This document shows positions 25,927-38,574 of a DNA stretch of 64,000 nt, one piece after another; within the stretch, counting starts at the first letter, position 1, and each line of letters opens with the position of its first letter. The notes beneath the pieces were generated by a model, which worked only from the letters and a program-made list of their open reading frames with translations, was not told the DNA's origin and ran no database searches. The position numbers were made by a program, and so were the translations under genes. Source of the stretch: Rhina ancylostomus (lineage: Eukaryota); the NCBI GenBank assembly GCA_030265395.1, contig JARFYF010000066.1, positions 7,432,226-7,496,225 on the forward strand. The letters are read 5' to 3'.

Positions 25927-27130
25927 NNNNNNNNNNNNNNNNNNNNNNNNNNNNNNNNNNNNNNNNNNNNNNNNNNNNNNNNNNNNNNNNNNNNNNNNNN
26001 NNNNNNNNNNNNNNNNNNNNNNNNNNNNNNNNNNNNNNNNNNNNNNNNNNNNNNNNNNNNNNNNNNNNNNNNNNNNNNNNNNNNNNNNNNNNNNNNNNNN
26101 NNNNNNNNNNNNNNNNNNNNNNNNNNNNNNNNNNNNNNNNNNNNNNNNNNNNNNNNNNNNNNNNNNNNNNNNNNNNNNNNNNNNNNNNNNNNNNNNNNNN
26201 NNNNNNNNNNNNNNNNNNNNNNNNNNNNNNNNNNNNNNNNNNNNNNNNNNNNNNNNNNNNNNNNNNNNNNNNNNNNNNNNNNNNNNNNNNNNNNNNNNNN
26301 NNNNNNNNNNNNNNNNNNNNNNNNNNNNNNNNNNNNNNNNNNNNNNNNNNNNNNNNNNNNNNNNNNNNNNNNNNNNNNNNNNNNNNNNNNNNNNNNNNNN
26401 NNNNNNNNNNNNNNNNNNNNNNNNNNNNNNNNNNNNNNNNNNNNNNNNNNNNNNNNNNNNNNNNNNNNNNNNNNNNNNNNNNNNNNNNNNNNNNNNNNNN
26501 NNNNNNNNNNNNNNNNNNNNNNNNNNNNNNNNNNNNNNNNNNNNNNNNNNNNNNNNNNNNNNNNNNNNNNNNNNNNNNNNNNNNNNNNNNNNNNNNNNNN
26601 NNNNNNNNNNNNNNNNNNAATGACTTGTGCTAGCTGAGTAGAACTAATTTAGATGATCCCCTTGATAAAGGGCAGTTGCCCCAAATCTGAAATGGGCTCT
26701 TGCTAATACTCCTGTAGGTCTATACTAGACCTCTACATATCAGCCCATTTCATCTATGGTTTGAATGACTTGAGGCTGCTGTTACCTACAAACTGGTCTT
26801 TTTTTTGGGTCGCTGTAGGGAAAATCCAAAAACACCTTTAAGTCTTAAGCCTTGTCCTGGGAGTTGCTAGTGTTAAAGTTCTCTGAAGGAAACCTCCAAA
26901 CCATTGGACCCAGCATTGAATAAAAAAATTTTAAAGTGTAAATAGGTAGTTGATGTTCAGCATGGACTCAGTAGGCCGAAGGACCTATTTCTGTGCTGTA
27001 TCTCCAAATCTGAGTGCTAGCTTGTTGAGAGAGTGGTGCTATTATTTATAAACATTTTTAATACTTGTCAGACTGACTTGGGTGTAGTGAGTGGTGGCTT
27101 TCTGTGAAATTTGTACTTCAGACCAAGGGA

Positions 27131-27224
27131 GCAACAAAATGCTGGAGGAACTTAGTGTGTCAGGCAGCATCTGCAGAGGGAGATGGACAGTCAATGTATT
27201 GGGTCGAGACCCTTCATCTGGACT
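27131..27224 (-). mobile_element. Short Penelope-pLTR-derived element with decayed hammerhead motif and ~10-bp TSD
   Basis: gaccaaggga (27121-27130) and gactaaggga (27221-27230) flank it; the minus strand reads AGTC CAGATGA A GGGT CTCG ACCC AATA C ATT GACTG then cagatgctgcctgac. Confidence 0.7.
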
Positions 27225-27961
27225 AAGGGATTGGCTTTGAGGGTATCTTTTGTCTGGGTCTCAGCAGCTGAAGTAATGGAGATGGTTTTTAAACTACTGT
27301 GCTTTTAAACTCTGCCTGGGTGGTTTTGCCTTCAATAGGAATGGAAATATTGCTATTAGTGTCAGAAACTAATGATTCAGCAGTAAGATCACAACTGTTT
27401 TCAGCCTCTGCCACTTCACCAACCCCACATCCCTTGATTCCCTTTTCTTAAATCCATTGTCTCTCAAAGATGCTCAGCGACTGAGCCTCTGCAGCTCTTG
27501 GCTCATAAGTCAGAAGTCCAATATCAAATTCAGAATTTGTTTTAATTCGAGCTGCAGAATCTGACCATAAAGTAGTTGAAACCATACCTTGATGTGATGA
27601 GAAATGGTGGATTGATGCTTGTGTGAAAGCTGAACACCACAGACACGAGACCAGATGGGTAGTTGTTTTATTGTGATCAAGGATGCACAAGGGGCTGAAG
27701 ACCATGGTGACAAGTCACCAAAAATGTGCAAGCAATAGGGGATGCAGGGAAGGGACTAATAGCTGAGCTTGGTGGTTAGCTTAAGTCATGTAAACTTAAA
27801 CTGGGCAGCCTTCAGTACTTAATCCACTTATGAAATGAATGGTTAACATTTTTACTAACTTAATGCTTAGCCAGGATAGATAAAGTTGCCAAGCAGGCAT
27901 TGGAGCTTGGTTTTGGCCAGTACACAGTGAGTGTGTCCAAGTACTCCCAGTTTGTGTGTGT

Positions 27962-28248
27962 GTACAGTAGTGTAGCAGTTAGCATAACACAGTGCCAGCG
28001 ACCTGGGTTCAATTCTGGCTGCTGTCTGTAAGGAGTTAGTATGTTCTGCCTGTGTCTGCATGGGTTTCCTCTGGGTGCTCCAGTTTCCTCCCACATTCCA
28101 AAGATGTACAGGTTAGGAAGTTGTGGGCACACTATGTTGGCACCAGAAACATAGTGACACTTGCAGACTGCCCCAGAACACCTTAAGCAAAAGATACCTT
28201 GCGCTGCGTTTTGATGTACATGTGACTAATAAAGAAATCTTGTATCTT
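27962..28248 (+). mobile_element. V-SINE (HE1-like head) with Rex1-like tail
   Basis: A-box-like tagtgtagcagttagc, B-box gggttcaattc, V-core gggtttcctctgggtgctccagtttcctcccacattccaaaga, tail gtacatgtgactaataaag. Confidence 0.85.
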
Positions 28249-28319
28249 GGTAACATGGCTGCTCAGCATCTGCTAAAAATCTCCCCCAGGTCTTGTTTCC
28301 TGTTTTCTTAGGACATCAG

Positions 28320-28590
28320 GAAGTGGCATTTCAGCCCATTTGTCTGCCAGTTCACTGAGCAATCCATCCTCCACAACCCACTATCCCCATCAACTATGAC
28401 TCTCCCATATTTGTTGTGTACAGCAGCCAACCTGTTCTACCTTAGGGTGTGGGAGGAGACTGCAGTGCCCAGAGAGAACCCACAGGGTCATGGAAAACAT
28501 GAAAACTCCTTGTACTGCACCCAGAGGTCCAGATTAACCCTGGGTAACTGGAGCTATGAGGTAGCAGCTCCAGAAACTGCACCATTATTA
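28320..28590 (-). mobile_element. V-SINE, decayed
   Basis: Inverse V-core (gtgtgggaggagactgcagtgcccagagagaacccacag...gaggtccagattaaccc). Confidence 0.7.
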
Positions 28591-29529
28591 TCTCTAGACT
28601 AATCCCCAATACTCCACTGGCTTTTACCCTGGCATATGGTTGATCAACAATTCTAGTCCCATTCACCCATCACTCCATGCATGTTGGGGGTGATCCATGT
28701 TGGTTCCTGTATGTCAACACTTAAAATCTTTGTCAATAAACAAATTGATCCAGTGTGCTGTTGCCCCACAGAGCTCTGAAGTACTATAGCATGCTTGTTC
28801 CTTGTGCATCACCTCCAGACTCGTCTCTGTGGCTTCATGTCCTGTTCGACTTGTCAACACACTACAACCTCCCAGGATGATTTTAACCTGGACTGGGCAN
28901 NNNNNNNNNTTGCTCTGAACTTTCCAGTTTTGTCTTCCATCCACTTGGGGGGTGTGCTAAAATTCAGCAATACAATTCTTGAGGCAGCATCCTAAACTAG
29001 GCTGCTGTATGCACAGGCTGGCTTAAGGTATAGCTTGTAATAAAATATAATGGATGGGTTGTCTTGAGACAAGGTTGGACAGACAAGTCTTGTAACTGTT
29101 GGGGTTTGAAGTGAAGTGACACAATTTTAAAATGCAAGGTCCTCTGTTGTTTGCAAGGTTTGTATTTAAAGTGTGTTTCTTCCTTTGGTGGAATTCAGAA
29201 CTGGAGTCACTATTTTTAAAAACAAAATTGCAGAGTTTAAAGAAGGTGCAATTCATTTTGAAGGTTTTGTCCTTAGAGCTCAAAGGACGTGAACACTGCT
29301 TGCACTGCCTTTTAAGGTAGAATTGTGAGAAGGTGAAGGGTTAACAGTACCAAGTGAGAATGCAGAGCTGAAGGTGCAATCTGATCAGTACTGATAATGC
29401 TGAATGGCAGAGCTGGTTTGGCCACAAGTGGCTTGTCCATTTGTCTTCATTCATTTCAACTTCTTTCCCTCACCCCCTTTTTCCCCTGTCACCAAACAAT
29501 CTTGAACCATTATACAAATTTGTGTTAGA

Positions 29530-29820
29530 GATGCATCCTGGAACTGGGGCCTTCAGTCCATCTGCCTCTGCTGACTGCCAACCATCCCCTTGTACTAATC
29601 CTGCATTAATCTCATTTTAACATTTGTCAACTCTCCCCAGATTCTCCCACTCACCTACACACCAGGGAGATTTAGTGGCCAATTATGCACTGACCAGCAT
29701 ATCTTCAGGAATGTGAAGCAATCCATGGGGAGAATGTACAAACGCCACATAACACCATAGGTCGAGGTTGAACCTTGGTTCTGGTGCTGTGAGGCAGCAG
29801 CTTTATCAATTGTGCTGCCT
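29530..29820 (-). mobile_element. V-SINE, decayed
   Basis: ccagattctcccactcacctacacacc...gggagaatgtacaaac...gaggttgaacc; same family as 6190-6469. Confidence 0.75.
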
Positions 29821-31414
29821 TTGTGTGACTAGCATAGTATGCACATCATTCTTCAGTGATAGTGAGGGGGGAATGTTGGCCAGGATAAGTAGCTCTGCAC
29901 TTCATTTAATGCCATACATATAACAGACCAATCTATTCCACTATGGTGTGCTCACATTATAAGTTGGTAGATAGTGATTACAATCTATTGATGGGATGGG
30001 GAATCTTGCATCCATTTGAGGCTTGGTCAACAAATAAGGTTTGTTGCTAAAAGTACAAACTAAATCTTGTCAAAAATTTAGTATTTAGCTTTCAACAATT
30101 CTTGGAGCTTTTGATTCTAAATTTATAGTTGTGGAATGAGTTGCTTCCAATAATGCGTGATGCTGATATGACTTTAGGCTGCTCTCTTCTAAAGTTTAGT
30201 AAGTGTGATGCAAGCCCATGCTTGATATGGGTTCTTTTGAAACTGTGGCAAATGGCTCAAATTCAATAAAGTTTAAATGTAGACGCAAAACCTGCTTCAG
30301 GTCAATTTGTATATTAACTGTTCCAAGGTTGCAGTTACCCCGGTTTATTAGAATGAATGGGTTTGGATTGCATATTTTGCCTTAATCTTTAATTGGAATT
30401 TCCTAGCTAGTAAAATCCATATTTTGAACAATTTGAATCTACTATAGTCCAACTGTGCTTCACTTTTGCCAAACTTGAATTGGATATACTTTGGTTTTGA
30501 TTATTTGTGCAAATTTAGACACTGTCTCTGTTTGGCTCTGGAAGGCCTTGATATTAACACTGATTTTCCAATGTGTATAATTTGCTTTCTACTTGCACAC
30601 AATTCAGAATATCCAGCTGTGTAGCCCAAAAGCAAGATGCAGATGCTGGGAATCCAAAATGGTAAAATGCTTGTCTCGATATTTTGGATCCTTGGCCATT
30701 CACTGTCATTCTGGTATACTGAGATGTTAAGTAACCTGATCTTGTAACCAAAGAATGAGGAAAGGGCACTGACCTGGAATGTTGGGTCACAGACATTGCC
30801 TGTCCAGGGGATTTCCAAACTTGGTTCCATCCACCCCAATGGATGGCTCTTCCACTTCCCCAGAGAGTTCTTACTCACATGTAGGGAAGTCCTTGACCTG
30901 TCTGATATCCTAATAGTAGCCGATTCACAAGCTCTTTACAATAATTACCAGGAAGATGGACCTGCCCTTGAATAGGAGCACTATATTTTCAGACCTTTTT
31001 TCACAAGCAGCTGTTCCAGATGAATAATCCTAAAAGAATTGCATTTACCAAATATTCTTCCTGTCCAGCTGTCAAATGTAGGCACTTTGTCCTAAGCTTA
31101 GCCTATATATATAATCCTTCCATTTGCATGCCCTGGATTAGCTATCTTGTATTTCAGCACCTCAAAATACAAAAATGGAAGTTGCTCACTTTTTAGTCAA
31201 AACAAGTGATGGTTTACTATAACTTTTCTGTGAAAGTGGATATGACCAGAAGGTTCTAATGAGACTAGGCAACATGTGAAGTCAATTTAAATCAACTAAT
31301 TCCAGCTTCTTGGTGGCTGACAACCATGATATTTTGCCTTAATGTGGGGGTATTTGATTAGCATTTAAATATGTAGCATTAAATTATTTAACTGCTTCCC
31401 TGTTTCTCTTCCAG

Positions 31415-31477
31415 CCAGTTGGTTTTGTAACATTTGACAGTCGAGCTGGAGCTGAAGCAGCAAAAAATGCATTAAAT
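31415..31477 (+). CDS. RBPMS2: RBPMS2 coding exon 4 (RNP1): PVGFVTFDSRAGAEAAKNALN
   Basis: Acceptor tgtttctcttccAG ends at 31414 and donor GTAAGT starts at 31478; 63 nt, phase 0-0. DSRAGAEAA is the RBPMS2-type motif (RBPMS has DSRSEAEAA). Confidence 0.97.
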
Positions 31478-32829
31478 GTAAGTACTGACCTGTTTGATAA
31501 CATCTTGAGCCATTTGAATCAAGTCAATCAAAGAAAGGGCTTTCCATATTGTATTAAATCCTTGTTGGGTCTTGTCCAACTGACTACCTTTTGGGTGTCC
31601 CGACACTTCTGAAATGGGTCGGTGCCACGGGATTGAAGTGAATTTTCTTCAATCACATTCAACTACACACCAACCCTGCCTCTACTCAGAATTTGTAGTG
31701 AGACCAAGACCAAATGTACTCCCAGTCTTGATAGAATGCTTTTTGCACAAGTTGAACTTGCCAAGTCCATTGTTTGTTCTTCCATTTTCCAAGGGCTCAT
31801 GAGCATTTAAGCCTATTGGTTTAGGATGAGGTTAGACCATGTCTTGGGATCTAAGGTGTTTTTGCAACCTCTGGGCTGATGTGGAAATAGTCTAGATGGG
31901 TTTAGTGATGTAGAGAATTCATAGGGCCAGTAATTTGGGAACTTGGACCACTGACCCCAAATTAAAACAATCCTCATCCTGGCAGCCTGTACACTCTGAA
32001 TTTAAATCTGAAATATGAAACTAGTGATGTCAATGGTGGCCGTAAAACTGAAGGACTATTAGTGAACTGGATGGATCCAGAAGATCACCTGGGAACTAAT
32101 ACATCTTCTAGATGGCCATTTTCATATCATATTTCCTTGTAATTTGACCTATTGGGTCTGACAGCTGAGCAATCCAAGCAATCCCACATGCACTCCCTCT
32201 GCCACTATTTTCCCCTGTAAACAGTTCTCTCTCTAGTCCGACAACTGCCCGTTTTTTTTTTGTNNNNNNNNNNNNNNNNNNNNNNNNNNNNNNNNNNNNN
32301 NNNNNNNNNNNNNNNNNNNNNNNNNNNNNNNNNNNNNNNNNNNNNNNNNNNNNNNNNNNNNNNAACTGGCTAATTTTCACTAGCCAATGGACCATCTCTT
32401 TAGGATATGGGAGCCCCCAGGTTGAACCCTTGCAGTCACTGGTAAGAGATTGAGATCAAACCCAGGTCACCATTCTTTTTGAATTTTGGAGTTTGAACTG
32501 TCCTTGCTAGATTAGTATTCCAGAATTCTAACTGCAATAACTTGATCACAAAATGACCTTGCCGCCAGCCAACTATGTGATTGAGGCACCCCACCTGTTG
32601 GATCTTGGTAACTATCAGCCACTGGTAATGGTTACTGTTAGATGCCCAATCCTCTGCATCGTATTATTACCTCCACATTGAGCTTTTATTGTTCACCAGC
32701 TCTTGTAGCACCTTTAAAATACCTTCTGGAAATGGTAGTATATCTGCTAGTCCCTTTTCATCCACAGCACATGTTCCTACTAAAAAGGACTCTAGTAAAT
32801 CATTAAACTCCAAAAGAACTCCCCACCCC

Positions 32830-33090
32830 TGGGTAGAAATGCCAAGTACTAGTATTTTGGTGACGGGTAAGTTTAAAGGAGATGTGCAGGGCAAGTTTCT
32901 CTTTTGCACAGTGAAGTGCTTTGAACAGGCTGCTGGGGAGAGTAGTGGAAGCAGATATGATGTTGGCATTTTGAGGCTGGTAGATACATGAATATGGAAG
33001 GATATGGATCAAGAATTTAACTCTACATGTCCAGTGCAGACATTTGTGTGCTGAAGGGCCTGTTCCTGTGCTGTAATGTTCTATATTCTA
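32830..33090 (+). mobile_element. CR1 LINE 3' end
   Basis: aagtttaaaggagatgtgcagggcaagttt...gctgaagggcctgttcctgtgctgtaatgttctatattcta, a CR1/HER1-type tail. Confidence 0.75.
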
Positions 33091-33904
33091 TTAAATTGGA
33101 CTAACATTATCTCACTTCAGAAAACCATGATGACTCTGCCTGATTATCCTGCTATAGTGTCTTCTGACATTTCATTCAAAAGGGGCAACAAAGAAAACTA
33201 AACTTATATTTTCAATATTGCACTCAAATTCCATAAATTCAGGAAATTTAGGTTCAACTTTTGCACGATGTGTTAGCTATCTCTGTAGCTGCCACTTTTA
33301 AGAACTTGAGATGAAGGATTCAGAGGCTTATCAGCCCATAGCTCCAAGCTGTTCAGTACCTCGTGTTGTTTCACTGAATTCTTTTTCTCTCCACTTCCTG
33401 ATTTAATTTGTTCTGAGATGTTCTTGTTTTCTCTAGTGAAGTTGAGCAAAATATTAATGCATCTGCTGTTTCATTTTTCATTATTAATTCCCCAGGCTTG
33501 CTTTCTTATAAGACACATGCTCACTGAAGTCTGGACATTTACTATCTTTTTGCACTTCTTCAGACTTTAGCTTTCTTTCAGATTTTCCTCATCTCAGTAA
33601 CTTTTTCTGCAGTCTCATAACACCTGCCTTTGCACAACTATACACTGTCTTTTAGTTTGATGCAATGTTTAATTTTTGGTTAACCATGAGTTCTCCACCT
33701 TGGACTTTCTGTTGGAATGTTTTCATTCTGTGTATTGAGATGCCTCAGATGTCTGCTACTGAATCTCATTGGGTCAGGACGGGTGTAGGTGATTAAAGGA
33801 ATGTTGGATGCTTTTAATATTCTGCACCTCAGATAATAGAGCAAAGTCTATCCTAGAACTGTATACAACTAGCTTGGCCACTGGCTTGAGTACAGTGTAC
33901 AGTA

Positions 33905-34145
33905 ATGACTAGACTGATAGCTTGTATCCCCCTGTTATCAGACTCCTGAATGGATCTCATGCTAAAAGAGTCTTGTTATTCCAGCCTACCTTGTTTTGGC
34001 CCTTGCAACTTTTGTCTACCTAATACAGCACTTTGCTTGTAACTGTCACACTATATTGTGTTTTCCTTTTACTGTGATTGTGCATGAAATTCTGTCTAGA
34101 TGTGGCACAAAAGCTTTTCTTGGTACATATAACAGTAACATTCCA
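33905..34145 (+). mobile_element. Rex1-type LINE 3' end
   Basis: agcttgtatccccctgttatcagactcctgaatgg (SxYPxVIRLLN) followed by a Rex1-like UTR. Confidence 0.6.
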
Positions 34146-35149
34146 ATCTCAAGATATAACTGCACTGAAGCATCCCCAAAGAGATTCTCAATGTTGCCAG
34201 TATTGGATAACTAGCTAAGGAAAGACTGGGAAGCCTCTGAAATGGAAGGCTGAGATTTGAGCTGTATAACATTGAGGCCTGGATGGACTTGTAGACCTAT
34301 TTCCCACTGTTGCACAAGTGGAGGTTTACAAGAGGAGGTAAAGTAGTAGGATTAAGTTGACTTTCTTTATCCATCCAAAGTGTGGTTTTGGCAAAAACGC
34401 TCATTGAATTTTAATACTTAGCTCAGCAGTTGATTTTTGTTACCTGCAGGAGTGTAGACCTGATGCAGGAAGGTGGGCTTAGGCTGGGTAGTTTTCTTAA
34501 CTAGCATCAGATAAATGACAATCATGTAGATTCAAAAACCCACTACCTTCCATCTCAACATCAATTCCTCCTTACTTTATCTTCAAAGGCTTGTCATGCT
34601 TGGAATGAAATACAACTCCCAGAAAATCTTTTGCCTCTAATGAACTTCAAGAGTTAGTGTATTGAATATACAATATGCATTGAACTATAGACACTTCACT
34701 GTCAGCTCTGGTTGTCTCCACTGTGCAGATGTTGCCTCTGACATGAGGCCTGTCCTCCAACTTTTTTTATCCAGTACCATCCATTTCATTTCTTGGGTAG
34801 GCCTTTTAATGGGACAGTTGCCTCATATCCCCACCCTTAAAAGATCTGCACTCTTGGTTAACCTCCTTCCAGTCCATTGCAGAGATGTGTCGCAGTTTGC
34901 CCAAAACTCCTGTGAAGTGCCTTTGCTTTATTTTTAATGTAGTTAATTACATGTGTGAGAAATTTGGCTCTTCATTGGTAATGATGCTCAACTTGTGTCC
35001 TTTTATCTTGCATTGAATAAAATGAAGCAGAACATGAATGTGCATTTCTTGAAAATTGTACTAAAATTTTCTAGTCTTTGATCTTTAGGACCTTGGTATC
35101 TTACTAATGTCAGACTTGAGGACTTTGCCTATTCTATCAGTTGCTTTAA

Positions 35150-36900
35150 ATTGTCATTACTGGGATATTCCTAGCATCGTGCACATGTTTGATCATTGAC
35201 TTGTAAGACTCTGGCATGACTTGTAATGAAACTTGTTCTGAGAGGCCTGTCTTTTGATTCTTCTCCATTGGTATAATGCATTTCATTTAGTCCTATCCCT
35301 ATGAATGTGTTTGCCATATCTCAGTTGGAGGGTTTCTTGGATAGATGAACCCAATGGGAAGCTCTTTCTGGATTTGATCTTTGCAGGATTGAAGTACTTG
35401 CTTCAAATGCCCACTTGATGAACCACAAGTGNNNNNNNNNNCAAGTGAAGAGTGGTTTGCTCTTCCAGGATAGTGTGGGGTTTGTTGGATATTCTGAATG
35501 AAGAATGCCAGTGAATTAGCACTGCTGGCTTATGATATTGAAATATGTTGGATGTTTTTCCAAGCCTAAATGCAATTGGGTGGTGGCTTGGATGGCAGCG
35601 TCTCGTAGGGTGATACAGAAGCCAACCTTTTGAACTATGGAGCTTTCAACAACTTCACCCCACCTGCCATTTTTTGAAAATCCCTTCTGATCTGGCAACA
35701 CCAATTTGGTCATGATGGGTGTTAATATTCTTAAAACAGTTTCTTGCCAACATTTGATGTTCAGTATTCTTGTCCCATCCACACTTTGGAATCCTTGATT
35801 TGAATGGGAGTTGATGTTCTGCAGTGACAGGTCCCATTTGGGTAGTTGGGCTGGAAAAGTGAGGCAGTGGTGTTTGAACAAGACTAATGGTAGGCAAGCA
35901 TGTGGTCAACTGATGGCAAGGACCCAAGTGTTCATGTGAGAAGTATTCCTGCCTTGGGCAAGTGGAGTTTAATATAGTGTTGTTTTCAAATCTCTCAGCC
36001 TTCTCCAATATCCTACAACTCTAGAGGTATCTCTGTAGACAACCTAGTTTTACCTCTTGGATCTCACTGCCTTTTAATAACTTGTGATTGGTTAATCTAG
36101 CTCTCCCGTGATGTGGCTAAAAGTAATTTCCAAAGTGCAATGTAAGTACTTTTATGGGACTCCTTGCAGCAGCCTTCAAAGTTTGTTTAGGACTTCACCT
36201 GAACTCAGTTACTCCTATAATGCGGCCCTTCAAAGTACCAGGCCTTTTGGCCCTCTGCTGGGATGCACTGCAAGTGGAAATCATCCTGTGCACAAATGTT
36301 TTATTGGGTCTGATTTTCAGTGTTTGAATTTTGTTTCATTTGGAGGTTGCATCAAATACCTGAATTTGGTTTGGGAACCTTTTTTTAATCCCTACAAAAT
36401 CTTTTGGATGTTACCTGGCATCATAACTCCATGCTTCCAAATTCTCATAACTTGCCTATTTAATTTCATAGAAGTATTTTGTTTTTCCTTGCCAAATGGA
36501 GCAGGTCACTGGTTTACTGTGACACTACAGAATGAAAAAATGGGTTGTCTCCCCAAATGCAACTAAAACCTGATTTGACCACCACTGACCTTGGCCTGAA
36601 AGCATCTGCTGAATGTTGTCTGTCTTTATACTTGTCATAAAATGCTCCAAGCATAAGTGAACAGCTTTGTCCATTGTTTCTTTTCTGTTCCATAGCCCCA
36701 TCCACATGTTCCAGGAAGTTGACACCAGAAAGTGCTTCCTAGCCAACATTCTCTTCCACTCCCTTTCAAGTTGAACTTGGCAACCAAAAACCAAAACTTG
36801 ATTGTCCTGCTCATGCCCTGCAAGGGTGTCTGTCTGACAGCATCACTGATAGTATACTATCTCCTACTGTCCAAGATATCTCCAGATCTTCCTATCCCCA
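35150..36900 (-). mobile_element. Decayed L1/Tx1-like LINE (RT region)
   Basis: Minus ORF 35516..35881 contains ILNIKCWQETVLRILTPIMTKLVLPDQKGF..GR, resembling the L1/Tx1 DxKILAKxLAxRLxxxxxxLIHPDQxGF motif. Boundaries poorly defined. Confidence 0.45.
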
Positions 36901-37379
36901 CCCCAAACCCTAGAGTGCTTTACTGAACTCTGAACCTGACCGCCTCTGAAGGCAGATATGGATTGAGCTTTGGGTTGATGGACTTGATCCAATTCTGCCA
37001 TGATGATTGGGTCCTGTCAGCTAACTAGACTGGCTTATCCCTGCATGACCACTACAGCAGGGGATGAGGATTGTTCTAGTTGTCTTGCCTTGCTTCCTGG
37101 TGTTGAATTCAATCCAGTTAATACCAGCTGCAAGCTGTATTAAAAATAGCTGTGCATTTAGCAAAACTGTCCCATCTCTCAATTTTCAACATCTGCCCAA
37201 TGTTTCTTGTATGGAGTGTAGATAAAAATCTTTTTTTGGAAGAGATTGGTCTTTATTTCAAATATTTTCCCAAGCTTGTCCATCCTATTGACTTCACTAA
37301 GCACCTCTTGTCCTTCAGTTTGGATTGAATTGCTGCAGTCAGTGAACAGTTCCAAACATGCCTGCCTCCACAATGTAAA

Positions 37380-37770
37380 TTAAATTGGTTTATTATTGTC
37401 ATATACTGGGGTACAGTAGAAATACTGCTTTGCATGCTATCCAGACAGATCAGTTAATCACAACTGTCCATTGAGTTCGTTTAAACAATGCAGAATAGTG
37501 TTATAGTTAGAGAGTGCAGGCAGCCAATAAGTTAAAGGCCATAATGAGGTAGATTGAAATTGAGTCCATCTTGTCATACTAGGGGACCGTTAACAGGATT
37601 GAAGCTGCCCTTGAGCCTGGTGGTACATGCTTACAGGCTTTTGTATCTTCTGACTGATGGGAGAATGGGTCAGGTCTTTTATGTTGGCTGATTTTTACCA
37701 AGGCAGAAGTGTAGACAGTCGATGGAGGGGAGGCTGGTTTCTGTGAGGCGCTGAGCTCTGTCGACAACTA
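37380..37770 (-). mobile_element. Rex1-type LINE 3' end
   Basis: The minus strand has PSVRRYKSLxACTTRLKGSFNP-like motifs and the tail gtatatgacaataataaacc. Confidence 0.7.
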
Positions 37771-38423
37771 TCTGCTTTCGTATCAATTGTCCTTGCCCCA
37801 AGCACACTCCAAGTGGAGGGCCAATTGACCAAAATACAAGGCATTATAAAGAAATGGCATGCATCCTGTCTTATGTATTGTAAGTGGGAGGAATATTCCA
37901 AGACCAGACCATTCAAGCACACACTGGGGAGATGGTTGCTTGGTTTGGCTGAACACCAGCTTTCACTTCATTTGCCAAGAATCCCAAGTACAAGAAATCT
38001 CCAATTATGGTTTGAAGTGGGATGATGTATTGTGGGAATAATCCATTGGAATGCTTTAAATTACCACCTCCCTTTAAAGATTGGGAAATAAGGGGTGGTG
38101 ATGGTGATAAGTAGCCCAGGCATTAAGCAGCTTCATTTATTTTGCAACATCTCAACAATAATTGCATCCTCACTGTAAAGTACTAATAACTCCCATGCAG
38201 GCAATGGAGTCTCTCTCCAACTCCAAACTTGGTTGATTTTTTTTTAGGCCAATTGAGTTCTGTGAATGTTCCATAACAAGATTGCATATTGAGCCTTTGT
38301 TTCCAACAGGCATGTGTCTAATGTAACTTAAGTGGTCCTGAGTTGAACCTAGCATGAATCAAAATGTCTTTGAACTTGTTCTTTTTGACTCATTGGTTGA
38401 AATGTACTTTCTTTCTAAAATAG

Positions 38424-38574
38424 GGTATTCGATTTGATCCGGAAAATCCTCAAACTCTCAGGTTGGAATTTGCGAAGGCTAACACTAAGATGGCCAAAAG
38501 CAAGCTAATGGCTACACCCAATCCCACAAACATGCACCCTGCCTTGGGAGCACACTTCATTGCACGGGACCCCT
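38424..38574 (+). CDS. RBPMS2: RBPMS2 coding exon 5: [50 protein letters not shown](Y)
   Basis: Acceptor ctttctttctaaaatAG ends at 38423 and donor GTAAGT starts at 38575; 151 nt, phase 0-1. [16 protein letters not shown] and [14 protein letters not shown] are RBPMS2-type. Confidence 0.97.

Noticed and set aside
25803-26633. Longest ORF in the track (276 aa)
   Set aside because: Almost entirely an N-gap translated as X.
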